From Fimbriimonadia bacterium (GTDB lineage: Bacteria > Armatimonadota > Fimbriimonadia > Fimbriimonadales > JABRVX01), in contig JBGPGO010000003.1 of NCBI GenBank assembly GCA_041483895.1, forward strand, positions 64,001 to 128,000: a DNA stretch of 64,000 bases, given 5' to 3'. Under the pieces are notes generated by a model, which saw nothing but the letters and a program-made list of their open reading frames with translations, did not search any database and was not told the DNA's origin. Positions within the stretch are counted from its first letter, which is position 1. Every line of letters begins with the position of its first letter. Below are positions 49,499 through 58,106 of this stretch, piece by piece. The position numbers were made by a program, and so were the translations under genes.

Positions 49499-49765
49499 AT
49501 GGCAAATATCAAATCGATGAAGAAGGATATCAAGCGCAACGCCAAGCGGCACGATCGCAATACGGCGACCGTGTCGGCACTGAAGACCTACGTCAAAAAG
49601 GTGCGCGTCGCCGCCGCCGTCAAGGCTGATGATCTGGACGTGCGCATGAAAGAGGCCGTGAGCAAGATCGACAAGGCGCAGGAGCGCGGCATCATCCACA
49701 AAAACACCGCCGCCCGCAAGAAGTCCCGTCTGATGAAGCTCGTCAACAAGTCCACCACTTCGTAG
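49499..49765 (+). CDS. rpsT: 30S ribosomal protein S20
   Basis: MANIKS...IDKA..GIIHKNTAARKKSRL; GAGGAG SD. Confidence 0.98.
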   Translation: MANIKSMKKDIKRNAKRHDRNTATVSALKTYVKKVRVAAAVKADDLDVRMKEAVSKIDKAQERGIIHKNTAARKKSRLMKLVNKSTTS

Positions 49766-49773
49766 ACTTGATA

Positions 49774-49866
49774 TGTCATTCCGAAGCGGAGCGAGGAATC
49801 GCTTTCAGAAGCCCTCGAGCACCCCAACGTCTTGAGAGGGATTCCTCGCTTCGCTTCGGAATGACA
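49774..49866. repeat. TGTC-tagged REP-like inverted repeat element
   Basis: TGTCATTCCGAAGCGGAGCGAGGAATC ... GATTCCTCGCTTCGCTTCGGAATGACA; 27-bp arms with one mismatch. Confidence 0.85.
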
Positions 49867-49998
49867 GCCTTTCTCATCCCCTGAAGAGCATCGTCAAGCC
49901 CCCGAAGTGTTGGGGTTCGCGTTTAGCGACCACCGTGATGTGTTGGGGTTCACGTCCGCCGACTCTGAGCGACTACAGACCACCAAAGACCCCAACAC

Positions 49999-50372
49999 TC
50001 AGGAAATCGCCAACTCATGCTTCGGCTGGTATAGGCCGATCGAGCCGCCGCTTGGCAACGGGAATGATGTGCTAGCTCCCCAATCCGCCTCGTCAACCGG
50101 CGTGCAGGCGACGCCCTTCTTCGAAAGTTCAGCCATCGTCTCGATTAGGTCATCGCACAATAGGTAGAGCAGCGCGCCCAGCATGGACTGACCGCCGTGG
50201 ACCTGGGTGAAAGAACCGTCCGAGGGATGCACCCCGGCCTCCGCCGGCGGCATCTGGAAAATGAGCCACCCGCCACCGATGTCATTTGCCGGAAACTCCA
50301 GAACGTCGCGAAAAAGGCCCGGTCCGCATCGGGATTGGTGCTGTAGAACAAGAAATGAGCGCCAATGATCAT
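49999..50372 (-). pseudogene. VOC/glyoxalase (extradiol dioxygenase-like) gene split by a frameshift
   Basis: MIIGAHFLFYSTNPDADRAFF continues as RDVLEFPANDIGGGWLIFQMPPAEAGVHP...DWG..LPSGGSIGLYQPKH only if one base is added in the T5 run (50311-50315). Confidence 0.8.
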
Positions 50373-50380
50373 GCTATCAC

Positions 50381-51505
50381 CTAGTCCGCCCCGCTCTGGG
50401 CGAAGTTGAGAAAGATGATGTTGAGGTCGGGTAGATCGACAAGCCCGCTGCCGTCCTGATCCGTGTCCGGGTCGACCGTGGCAAAATTGATGAACACAGA
50501 ATTGAGATCGTTCACGGTGACAGTATTGTCTCCATCGACATCACCGTTCACCAGCGAAAAATCGATGGTGTTGACCGTTTGCTCGATGTCGGCGGATGAA
50601 ACTTTGCCACGCAGCCAATGAGAAAACTTGACGGCTACATCATAAATCCCCTGGTCCGCGGGTAGAACCATATAGTTGCCGGAAGAATCCAATGTGATCG
50701 GATAGCTGTGAACGACATTGGTCGTATTTGGAGTCCGAAATTCAAGTGTAGCGGACCGGCCGTTAGTATCAGCGCCATAGTTCTGGAGCTCGACCCGTCC
50801 TCGAAGAGCAAGTACAACGCTATTCGCCAAGATCGGATCGAACGTCGCGACCGGGCTGCCTGACCACGGCGATAAAACGACCCCGGCCTGAGTTCGATAC
50901 AGATCCCCGCTGCTGCCAGCGGTCGGAGCCCCGCTTGCAATCACCCAGCCACCGTGCACTGAATTATCTACCGGATAATTGAAGAATCTAAGGGACATCC
51001 AAAGCTTGGCGGAATCATTAACCCAAAACGTCAGACCGCTGAGGTCCAAGTCGATTGTAACTGTGTAAATCGCGTTGCTTTTTGGCATGTTAACAAGAGT
51101 AAATGCCTGCAGGATAATTCCAATGTTGTAAGGATCCATGGGGTCATTTGCCCAGTCGTAAAAGAGTACATCGATTGCCGTGGTGCCGGCTCCAATGCCG
51201 TAGTATGTGAGCGTAACCATACCTACATTTGGATTGGCAGCAAAGGCGACAGGATCGCATATGATGTCGTCCATTGTCTCCACTCCCGGCGCCTGCAGGA
51301 GATATTGGCCCGTGTTAATGGGGCCCGGAGTCGCGTAGAGTACGCCAAGGCTTTGAGCGGATACACCGGTCTCATGCCACGTGTGGGTCTTCAGGTCGTA
51401 GTCAATGTATTTGTGAGGTGTGCCGACGGGGATATCGCGCAAATTCGCCTGCGCCCAAATGGACCCGACAAGCAGAGAAGCGAGAGCTGAAAAAATGAGT
51501 CGCAT
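50381..51505 (-). CDS. Exported protein with C-terminal dockerin-like module
   Basis: Signal peptide MRLIFSALASLLVGSIWA; tail KFSHWL...NGDVDGDNTVTVNDL...DQDGSGLVDLPDL. Confidence 0.87.
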   Translation of the reverse strand: MRLIFSALASLLVGSIWAQANLRDIPVGTPHKYIDYDLKTHTWHETGVSAQSLGVLYATPGPINTGQYLLQAPGVETMDDIICDPVAFAANPNVGMVTLTYYGIGAGTTAIDVLFYDWANDPMDPYNIGIILQAFTLVNMPKSNAIYTVTIDLDLSGLTFWVNDSAKLWMSLRFFNYPVDNSVHGGWVIASGAPTAGSSGDLYRTQAGVVLSPWSGSPVATFDPILANSVVLALRGRVELQNYGADTNGRSATLEFRTPNTTNVVHSYPITLDSSGNYMVLPADQGIYDVAVKFSHWLRGKVSSADIEQTVNTIDFSLVNGDVDGDNTVTVNDLNSVFINFATVDPDTDQDGSGLVDLPDLNIIFLNFAQSGAD

Positions 51506-51509
51506 TGCC

Positions 51510-51597
51510 GCTTTCACCTGTCCAAGATTTCCAGTGGGGCACGGCCACCTGGGAGAAATATCAGTTACAGTATAACAACGACAACCGGGTTTGTCAA
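51510..51597 (-). promoter_or_regulatory. Sigma70 promoter plus conserved leader module, copy A
   Basis: TTGACA-17-TATACT, then CTGATATTTCTC and GGTGGCCGTGCCCCACTGGAAATCTTGGACAGGTGAAAGC. Confidence 0.85.
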
Positions 51598-51762
51598 GTT
51601 CATTTTGTCAGTTCGCAAACAGACCCCTGATCGAAGTAGCTCAGAGCGCATTCCGCGGTCGTAACTCATACCCACCGTCGCCGAACAGTCAGAAGTCTCG
51701 CGAACCACGTTCGCGAGACTTCTGGGAGCCGCCGCAATAGGATTGCGGCGGTATCGCACGAA

Positions 51763-52446
51763 TTAGCGCCGACGGCGGCGCATAAGCAGGGCCGACCCCG
51801 CGGCCGTCGCCAACAGACCTATGCTGCCCGGCTCCGGGACAACATTGAGACACGTGGCATCTACGTAACCGTTGTGGCCTGCGAGGGACGCGTTATTGTA
51901 GAGAACCTCCGTCCCAATATAGCGCACGCCGACGGGAATAACGGCGGAGACATCCAAATACTGCCATGTAAATGGGTTGGAGTCAAGGGTCAAGGAATTG
52001 GTGGCGGAACCGTCAGTTAGCGGCCAAGCGTCTGCCACCGCGAAGTGAAGTATTATGTACCCGATCCCTGCTCCGGGAGCGAAATCGCCCGTATCGAAGT
52101 AGCCGCAAGCCGTGGCCAACGCCTTACCGCTGTCGATCAGCGATGCGTACGCGCTCACGTCGGTAAATTGGAAGGTCTGAGTGTAACTTAAACCGTCATC
52201 CGCCATGCAGAGCATTTTTGTGCCGTCGTATGGGGAGACGAAGTCGGGCTGGATCCCTGAAACAATCACGCCATTTTCCGCCCCCCAGACTCCCTTTGTT
52301 AAAGGCGTAGTCGCTATATTTACGAGGGTGTCCAGCGGGTTGAGCTCGAAGCTCGGATCCACCAGCAGATTCGCCGGTGAGCCAAAAGCCGCGACAACAA
52401 CAAAGAGACCCATGCACAGCGGCAGTGCGCGTGTAATGGTAATCAT
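51763..52446 (-). CDS. PEP-CTERM sorted protein
   Basis: Signal peptide, NLLVDPSFE, VVPEPGSIGLLATAAGSALLMRRRRR. Confidence 0.92.
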   Translation of the reverse strand: MITITRALPLCMGLFVVVAAFGSPANLLVDPSFELNPLDTLVNIATTPLTKGVWGAENGVIVSGIQPDFVSPYDGTKMLCMADDGLSYTQTFQFTDVSAYASLIDSGKALATACGYFDTGDFAPGAGIGYIILHFAVADAWPLTDGSATNSLTLDSNPFTWQYLDVSAVIPVGVRYIGTEVLYNNASLAGHNGYVDATCLNVVPEPGSIGLLATAAGSALLMRRRRR

Positions 52447-52485
52447 TATGTGGCTTCCTTTTGGTGTCGGCAAAAACCGTTTCCT

Positions 52486-52615
52486 GCCTTCACCTGTACA
52501 ATATTTCCAGTGAGGCGCGGCCACCCATGAGAAATAGCAGTTCAGCTAGTAGAAATATCAGTTCAGCAAGGAGAAATATCAGCTACAGTATGACACGGCA
52601 ACGGAGGATTGTCAA
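52486..52615 (-). promoter_or_regulatory. Sigma70 promoter plus conserved leader module, copy B, with three 21-bp-spaced boxes
   Basis: TTGACA-17-CATACT; CTG(A/C)TATTTCT three times; GGTGGCCGCGCCTCACTGGAAATATTGTACAGGTGAAGGC. Confidence 0.85.
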
Positions 52616-52648
52616 TCTTATTTCGTTAAATGGATAGCGAGTTCTTCA

Positions 52649-53734
52649 TCAAAGAAGCTCGTAGCGCGTATTCCGGCGCTTCGGTATGTACCCCGCGTCG
52701 GAGATCAGGTGTTCGATCTCCTCCACCGAGAGAATAAACTTGTTCCCCGCGGCGGAGACTACGTTTTCCTCGATCATCACCGACCCAAAATCATTAATCC
52801 CATAGCCGAGAGAGAGCTGGGCGATCTTGGGACCCTGCGTCAGGATCGAGCACTGCAAATTATCAAAATTATCCAGCATCAAGCGCGATACGGCGACCGT
52901 TCGCAGATAGTCATAACCGGACGCCTTCTTCTCAATTGGCAGCGCGGTCTCTTCCGGCTGGAAGCTCCAGGTGATAAACGCCCGGAACGGCCCGCACTCA
53001 TCCTGCAAATCGCGAATGCGTAGCAGGTGCTCCACTCGTTCCTCCATCGTTTCCACGTGTCCGAACATCATGCTGGCGGTGCTGCGAATTCCCAAGCGCG
53101 CCGCCGTGCGCATGCAGTGCAGCCACTCGTCGGTGTTGTCCTTGTACGGCGCGATGATGTTTCGCACGCGGTCCACCAATATCTCGCCCCCCGCGCCGGG
53201 AATGGAGTGCAGCCCCGCCGCCTTCAATCGCTTCAGACAGTCTTCCAACGTCAGCCGCGAGATGTGCGCGATATAGATGATCTCCGCCGGCGACAGCGCG
53301 TGCAAAATGACGGACGGATACTGCGACATGATCTTGCCGAAAATCTGTTCGTAATAGTCGATCTTGAGCTGCGGATTCAGGCCGCCCTGGAACAGGATCT
53401 CCACGCCGCCCAGCTCGACCGTCTCCCGCACTTTGTCCAAGATCACCTCGTCGGACAGCAGGTATCCCTCCTCATGCTTGGGCACGCGGTAGAACGCGCA
53501 AAACTTGCACCGCACCCAGCACACGTTGGTGTAGTTGAGGATGCGCCCAATGATGTAGGTCACCGTGTCGCCGGGGACCCTCTTCTGCCGTTGCCGGTCC
53601 GCCAATGCCGCGAGTTCCGGCAGGTTGTGATGGTGGAACAGCGCCGCGCCGTCCTCAAAGGTCAGGCGTTCGCCGGAGAGGACCTTGTCGGCAATCTCAT
53701 CAAAAAGTGTGGTTTCCCGGAGCGTTGTTGTCAT
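52649..53734 (-). CDS. mqnC: Cyclic dehypoxanthine futalosine synthase (radical SAM)
   Basis: NYTNVCWVRCKFCAF, QGGLNP, SIPGAGGEIL, MMFGHVE, DFGSVMIEENVVSAAG. Confidence 0.9.
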   Translation of the reverse strand: MTTTLRETTLFDEIADKVLSGERLTFEDGAALFHHHNLPELAALADRQRQKRVPGDTVTYIIGRILNYTNVCWVRCKFCAFYRVPKHEEGYLLSDEVILDKVRETVELGGVEILFQGGLNPQLKIDYYEQIFGKIMSQYPSVILHALSPAEIIYIAHISRLTLEDCLKRLKAAGLHSIPGAGGEILVDRVRNIIAPYKDNTDEWLHCMRTAARLGIRSTASMMFGHVETMEERVEHLLRIRDLQDECGPFRAFITWSFQPEETALPIEKKASGYDYLRTVAVSRLMLDNFDNLQCSILTQGPKIAQLSLGYGINDFGSVMIEENVVSAAGNKFILSVEEIEHLISDAGYIPKRRNTRYELL

Positions 53735-53856
53735 CAGTTTTTCCTTGGTCGGCGATTCCGCGGGCCTGTGGCTTCCGGCAATTGTAACGGATCGGCAATC
53801 GGACCCGCGGATACAGAAACGCTGGTATAAGGATACCCTGTGGGTAGAATGGAAGC

Positions 53857-55392
53857 GTGCTTTCCCAAATCGAATCCAGTTCCCTGATCGGGATCGATGG
53901 ATACGGGGTTACCGTGGAAGTGGACGTGCATCCCGGCCTGTCAAAGGTGATTATCGTCGGCCTGCCGGACGCGTCCGTCAACGAGTCCGAATTTCGTGTG
54001 ATGACCGCCATCAGAAACTCCGGTCTGCGCTTTCCGTACGACCGAATCACCATCAACCTCGCGCCCGCCGATCTGCGAAAGGAGGGGCCGGTATTCGATC
54101 TGCCCATCGCCGTCGGAATCTTGGCCAGCACGGATCAGTTCCCGCGCCAGGCGGTGGAGGGCACGCTGTTCCTGGGCGAGCTGGGGTTGGACGGGGAATT
54201 GCGTCCGATCTCCGGCGCGCTGTCGGCGGCGATATGGGCGCATCAACAGGATCACATCAAGCGCATCATCCTCCCGAAAGCAAATGCCCGTGAAGCGGCC
54301 ATCTTCGACGATCTGGAGGTCTACGGCGCGGAGAGCCTCGTCGAAGTCGGATCCATTTTATTCGATCCCTCCCAGACCCAACCGTGGCCCGTCGAGCTAG
54401 AGGGGATGGGCAAAAACCACCGCGAATACGAAGTGGACATGAAGGACCTGAAGGGTCAGGAGACCGCGCGCAGGGCGATCGAGGTCGCGGCGGCCGGGGG
54501 GCACAACATCATCATGATCGGCCCGCCGGGATCGGGGAAGACCATGCTGGCGCGGCGTCTGCCGACGATCCAGCCGCCCATGTCATTGGACGAGGCCATA
54601 GAAACCACACGAATTCATAGCGCCGCTGGGCAGATCCCCGCAAACCACGGGCTGCTATGGGCGAGGCCGTTTCGCGCGCCGCACCACACATCGTCGTATG
54701 CTGCCATCGTCGGCGGAGGTAAGGTGCCGCGACCCGGTGAGATCAGTCTCAGCCACAACGGTGTGCTGTTCATGGACGAGATTCCGGAATTCGATCGCGA
54801 CGTTTTGGAGTCGCTTCGCCAGCCGCTGGAAGATGGCATCGTCACCGTTTCGCGCGTGCAGATTACGGTCGAGTTCCCGGCGCGATTCCAAATGGTGGCG
54901 GCGGCCAACCCATGTCCGTGCGGCTACTTTGGCGACAGCATAAAACAGTGCGCATGTTCGCCCTCACAGGTCCGTCGGTATCTGCAGCGCATTTCAGGCC
55001 CCCTCATGGACCGCATCGATATCCATGTGGACGTGCCGCGATTGAAACCGGACGAACTGCTCAGCCTGGAGCCGGGGGAGAGCTCGGAGGACATTCGCTT
55101 GCGCGTTGAATCGGCGCGGGAGCGGCAGACGGAACGGCTGAAGGATTCCGCGGCCCGTCTCAATTCGCAGCTATCCCCGCGTCAGTTGCGGGAGCTGTGT
55201 CCTCTATCGACGGAGGTGCAAGATTTCTTGCGGCTCAGCGTGCAGCAGTTGGGTCTTTCCGCGCGGGCGTTCGACCGGCTGATCAAACTGGCGCGCACCA
55301 TCGCCGATCTCGCCGATCTTCCTGACATTCAGGTCCAACATATCGCCGAGGCGGTGCAGTACCGGACGATGGACCGCAAGGCGTGGATGTAA
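53857..55392 (+). CDS. comM: YifB/ComM Mg-chelatase-like AAA+ ATPase
   Basis: VGLPD, NLAPADLRKEG, GPPGSGKTMLA, RPFRAPHH, NPCPCG, ISGPLMDRID, ARTIADL. Confidence 0.93.
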   Translation: MLSQIESSSLIGIDGYGVTVEVDVHPGLSKVIIVGLPDASVNESEFRVMTAIRNSGLRFPYDRITINLAPADLRKEGPVFDLPIAVGILASTDQFPRQAVEGTLFLGELGLDGELRPISGALSAAIWAHQQDHIKRIILPKANAREAAIFDDLEVYGAESLVEVGSILFDPSQTQPWPVELEGMGKNHREYEVDMKDLKGQETARRAIEVAAAGGHNIIMIGPPGSGKTMLARRLPTIQPPMSLDEAIETTRIHSAAGQIPANHGLLWARPFRAPHHTSSYAAIVGGGKVPRPGEISLSHNGVLFMDEIPEFDRDVLESLRQPLEDGIVTVSRVQITVEFPARFQMVAAANPCPCGYFGDSIKQCACSPSQVRRYLQRISGPLMDRIDIHVDVPRLKPDELLSLEPGESSEDIRLRVESARERQTERLKDSAARLNSQLSPRQLRELCPLSTEVQDFLRLSVQQLGLSARAFDRLIKLARTIADLADLPDIQVQHIAEAVQYRTMDRKAWM

Positions 55393-55403
55393 GGACAAGG
55401 CCT

Positions 55404-55428
55404 GGAGGGCTCCGCTCCGTCGGAGCCG
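55404..55428 (+). repeat. GGAG-tagged REP-like hairpin between convergent genes
   Basis: GGAG-GGCTCCG-CTCCGT-CGGAGCC. Confidence 0.55.
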
Positions 55429-55469
55429 ATTGCGAAAGTCGTGGAAGGATGTCAAGAGACACCATCGCC

Positions 55470-57146
55470 TTATTTGTTCATGGCGAATTTTCCCGGCAAG
55501 CTCAATCGTAGCCGTTCTGCTCCCTCTGCTGTTACGCCCTTGCACTGTAAGAAGCTCAACCATTCAATCGTTTTTAGGTTCGAGAGTGCAAGAATCAGTT
55601 GGTCATCGAGACCCCTGACGTTATCGAAGTCGAGGCTGGCAAGCTTCGATAGCTTCGAGATGCTCCGAATTGTGGAAGAATCGACTGCCATGTCCCCCAT
55701 CGAGAGTCTCTTAAGATTCAGCAGATGGTCAAGGGCTTTGAGACCCTTCGGCGTTGCGCGCTTAAGCCCGCCGATCGAGAGTTCGCGCAGATTTGGCAAG
55801 GCCTTAAGTCGCGAAATGCCTGAGTCGCTAAAGTTGCCGGAGTATGCGATGTCAAGTTTGCGCAGTTGCCGCATCTTCGAGAAGCTATTAAACGATCTGT
55901 CAGTCAGATGCTTGCACCAACGCAGATCAAGGTCCGTGAGTTTTGGCAAGCGCACGAGTTTTGCAAGGCCTTTGTCCGAAAGGCTACTGCTGTTAAGGTT
56001 CATTTCCTCAAGGCTTCTCAGCTTCACGAGCCGCGACACGAAGTCATCGTTTGACCCATACTCCGGTGCCGAGATGGATCGAAGATGCTTAAATCGTGCA
56101 ACAATTCGAAGTTCTTCGATGGGGAACGGTTTGTTGGGATCAGGCCTAAGCTGGCTCAAATCCAATCTCTTCATGTGAGTAAATCTGGCGAGCGGTTTCA
56201 GATCGCCTGGTCGCCAGGAGTACCCTTCCAGTTCCAGGGATTTTGTGTTTGACGGTAGGCTCTTAAGGTCGGCAACGCTATAGGCCTTCGCTGACTTTGG
56301 AGGCTCGGGCCAGTCCCTCTCTGGAAGGCGGTAGATGACCTGTTGAAACCCAGCGCCAAATAGTGAGGGTTCTTTTGGTTCTTCGGGCGTCTGGCGTAGG
56401 GATGGCTCCTCAATCGTGTCGCTGGGCACAAAGGGGCCGGGCTTCACCTTGCCGCCCGGCCAAGAAACCAACGGATCCAAACCGCTCTTCGCAAAGTAGT
56501 TGAAGCTCATGCCCCACGCCTTGTATCCTTCGGCCCGCTCAAGATCAATCAACACGTCGAATCCAGATTCCAACCATTGCTCCTCCCGAATCCACCGATA
56601 TCCGCCCTCCCTACGGTATTCAATCCAGAATCGACTGATGTTCGGGTACTTCGCCGCCGCCTTTACCAAATCAGGATTGGAAAGGACCCGGTCGAGTACG
56701 GTTCCCTTCGGAAAAGCTCCGAGCCTAACAACATCCGTAAACGTTGTGTTTTCAAGCAAAAAGTACGGGAACAGAACACTGGCCTTCAACCAAGTCGGCT
56801 TCGTTCTTGAAACCACAGGGACGATTTGTATGCGAACCTCAAACTTGAACCGCAGGCCGCCTGGAGATACGTAATCGGCTTCCGGAAGTGATATGTCAAG
56901 CTCCGTCTGCCACGGCATTTCCACGTGAAATCCTTGCTTTTTAAGGCTTGCTGGCAACTCCGGACTCCATGGACGATTATCGAGGGCCACCTTTGCAAGC
57001 GTGCAAGCGTCGCGTATGTAGCGCTGGTATGAGCCAACCCAACGTTGCTTGGCAGCTATGATATCGCTCGCAAGGCTAGCCGCTTTGTCGCCTGGTGGCA
57101 GACCGGCGGTATGAGCAAGTACCGCCAAAACCATTGTAAGGTTCAT
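55470..57146 (-). CDS. Exported leucine-rich-repeat protein
   Basis: C-terminal LxxLxL..C..LTD repeats; signal-like N-terminus; AT-richer. Confidence 0.85.
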   Translation of the reverse strand: MNLTMVLAVLAHTAGLPPGDKAASLASDIIAAKQRWVGSYQRYIRDACTLAKVALDNRPWSPELPASLKKQGFHVEMPWQTELDISLPEADYVSPGGLRFKFEVRIQIVPVVSRTKPTWLKASVLFPYFLLENTTFTDVVRLGAFPKGTVLDRVLSNPDLVKAAAKYPNISRFWIEYRREGGYRWIREEQWLESGFDVLIDLERAEGYKAWGMSFNYFAKSGLDPLVSWPGGKVKPGPFVPSDTIEEPSLRQTPEEPKEPSLFGAGFQQVIYRLPERDWPEPPKSAKAYSVADLKSLPSNTKSLELEGYSWRPGDLKPLARFTHMKRLDLSQLRPDPNKPFPIEELRIVARFKHLRSISAPEYGSNDDFVSRLVKLRSLEEMNLNSSSLSDKGLAKLVRLPKLTDLDLRWCKHLTDRSFNSFSKMRQLRKLDIAYSGNFSDSGISRLKALPNLRELSIGGLKRATPKGLKALDHLLNLKRLSMGDMAVDSSTIRSISKLSKLASLDFDNVRGLDDQLILALSNLKTIEWLSFLQCKGVTAEGAERLRLSLPGKFAMNK

Positions 57147-57258
57147 GATCCACTATACCCATTGCATCCCTCAACCAGGTCCTCCTGTTGAGTGCCTTCG
57201 CGCGGCTCCATGCAATCGGTTTGGGCTAAGTCGAAATATGGTGGCGTATGGACGGCCG

Positions 57259-57987
57259 TTAGGAAAGCGCCGACAGGACTTCCGAGGGCTGGGTGTTTGC
57301 CTGAGCAAGAACGGCAACTCCGGATTGGGAAAGCACCTGTTTCGCCGTCTGGCTCGCGACAACTTTTGCCTGCGTGGCGTCCTTCACCGGCGTGCCGTTC
57401 GCGTCGGGAAACGCCCGGCGAATGAACCGATCCAGGAACGGATTCTTGGACTTCTGCGTTTGTCCCATCAACTTCACAGAATCGTCCACAGGCAGCTTCG
57501 CGGCTTCCTCGGCCTTCTTCGCCTTTTCCGGATCGGCAATGCTGGACAACGAGACCTTCTTGCTCGGAGGCTCATCGAGCGTACCGAAATCGACCCTCAC
57601 GCCGTCATTCTTCTTGGCCTCTTGCTCTAACTCCGACACAGTCTTTAGGTTGTGCGTGGATTGTGACTGCTGGGCGGCCCGCATTTCTACCGTCAGGTCA
57701 TGCCGCCTGGCTTGGCGCGCAAGGTCCTGGCGCTGCTTGAGTGCGTCGGCAAAGTTAGCCAAATTTTGGTTCGCCAGCTTCACTTGCGTCTGTCCTTCTT
57801 GCTTCACTCGGTTCGTCTCATTCGCTTCCAGTGCTTTTACGAGGACGTCGGCGGCTGCTCGAAGAGCGCTCACCGGGGCGGTGCCGTCTACATTCGAGCG
57901 CAGACTTCGCAATGTCGGCTGGGTCGCCGATTCCAATTGCGCGAGGCCAGTTTGCCCACTCACTCCCTGATCGATTCGTAGTTCCAT
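57259..57987 (-). CDS. Divergent flagellin-like protein (C-terminal flagellin helix)
   Basis: VKDATQAKVVASQTAKQVLSQSGVAVLAQANTQPSEVLSAL matches the flagellin C-terminus; the N-terminus is only faintly similar. Confidence 0.7.
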   Translation of the reverse strand: MELRIDQGVSGQTGLAQLESATQPTLRSLRSNVDGTAPVSALRAAADVLVKALEANETNRVKQEGQTQVKLANQNLANFADALKQRQDLARQARRHDLTVEMRAAQQSQSTHNLKTVSELEQEAKKNDGVRVDFGTLDEPPSKKVSLSSIADPEKAKKAEEAAKLPVDDSVKLMGQTQKSKNPFLDRFIRRAFPDANGTPVKDATQAKVVASQTAKQVLSQSGVAVLAQANTQPSEVLSALS

Positions 57988-58106
57988 GATAGTGACCGTC
58001 CTTGACCGGTTCCCTTTCTCTTAGTTGTGCCTTTCCGTGACACATGCGGGTGGCATACAGCGTTGTCACCGGGATTGGACGGGAACAGGTAGCATTCCAT
58101 ATAACT

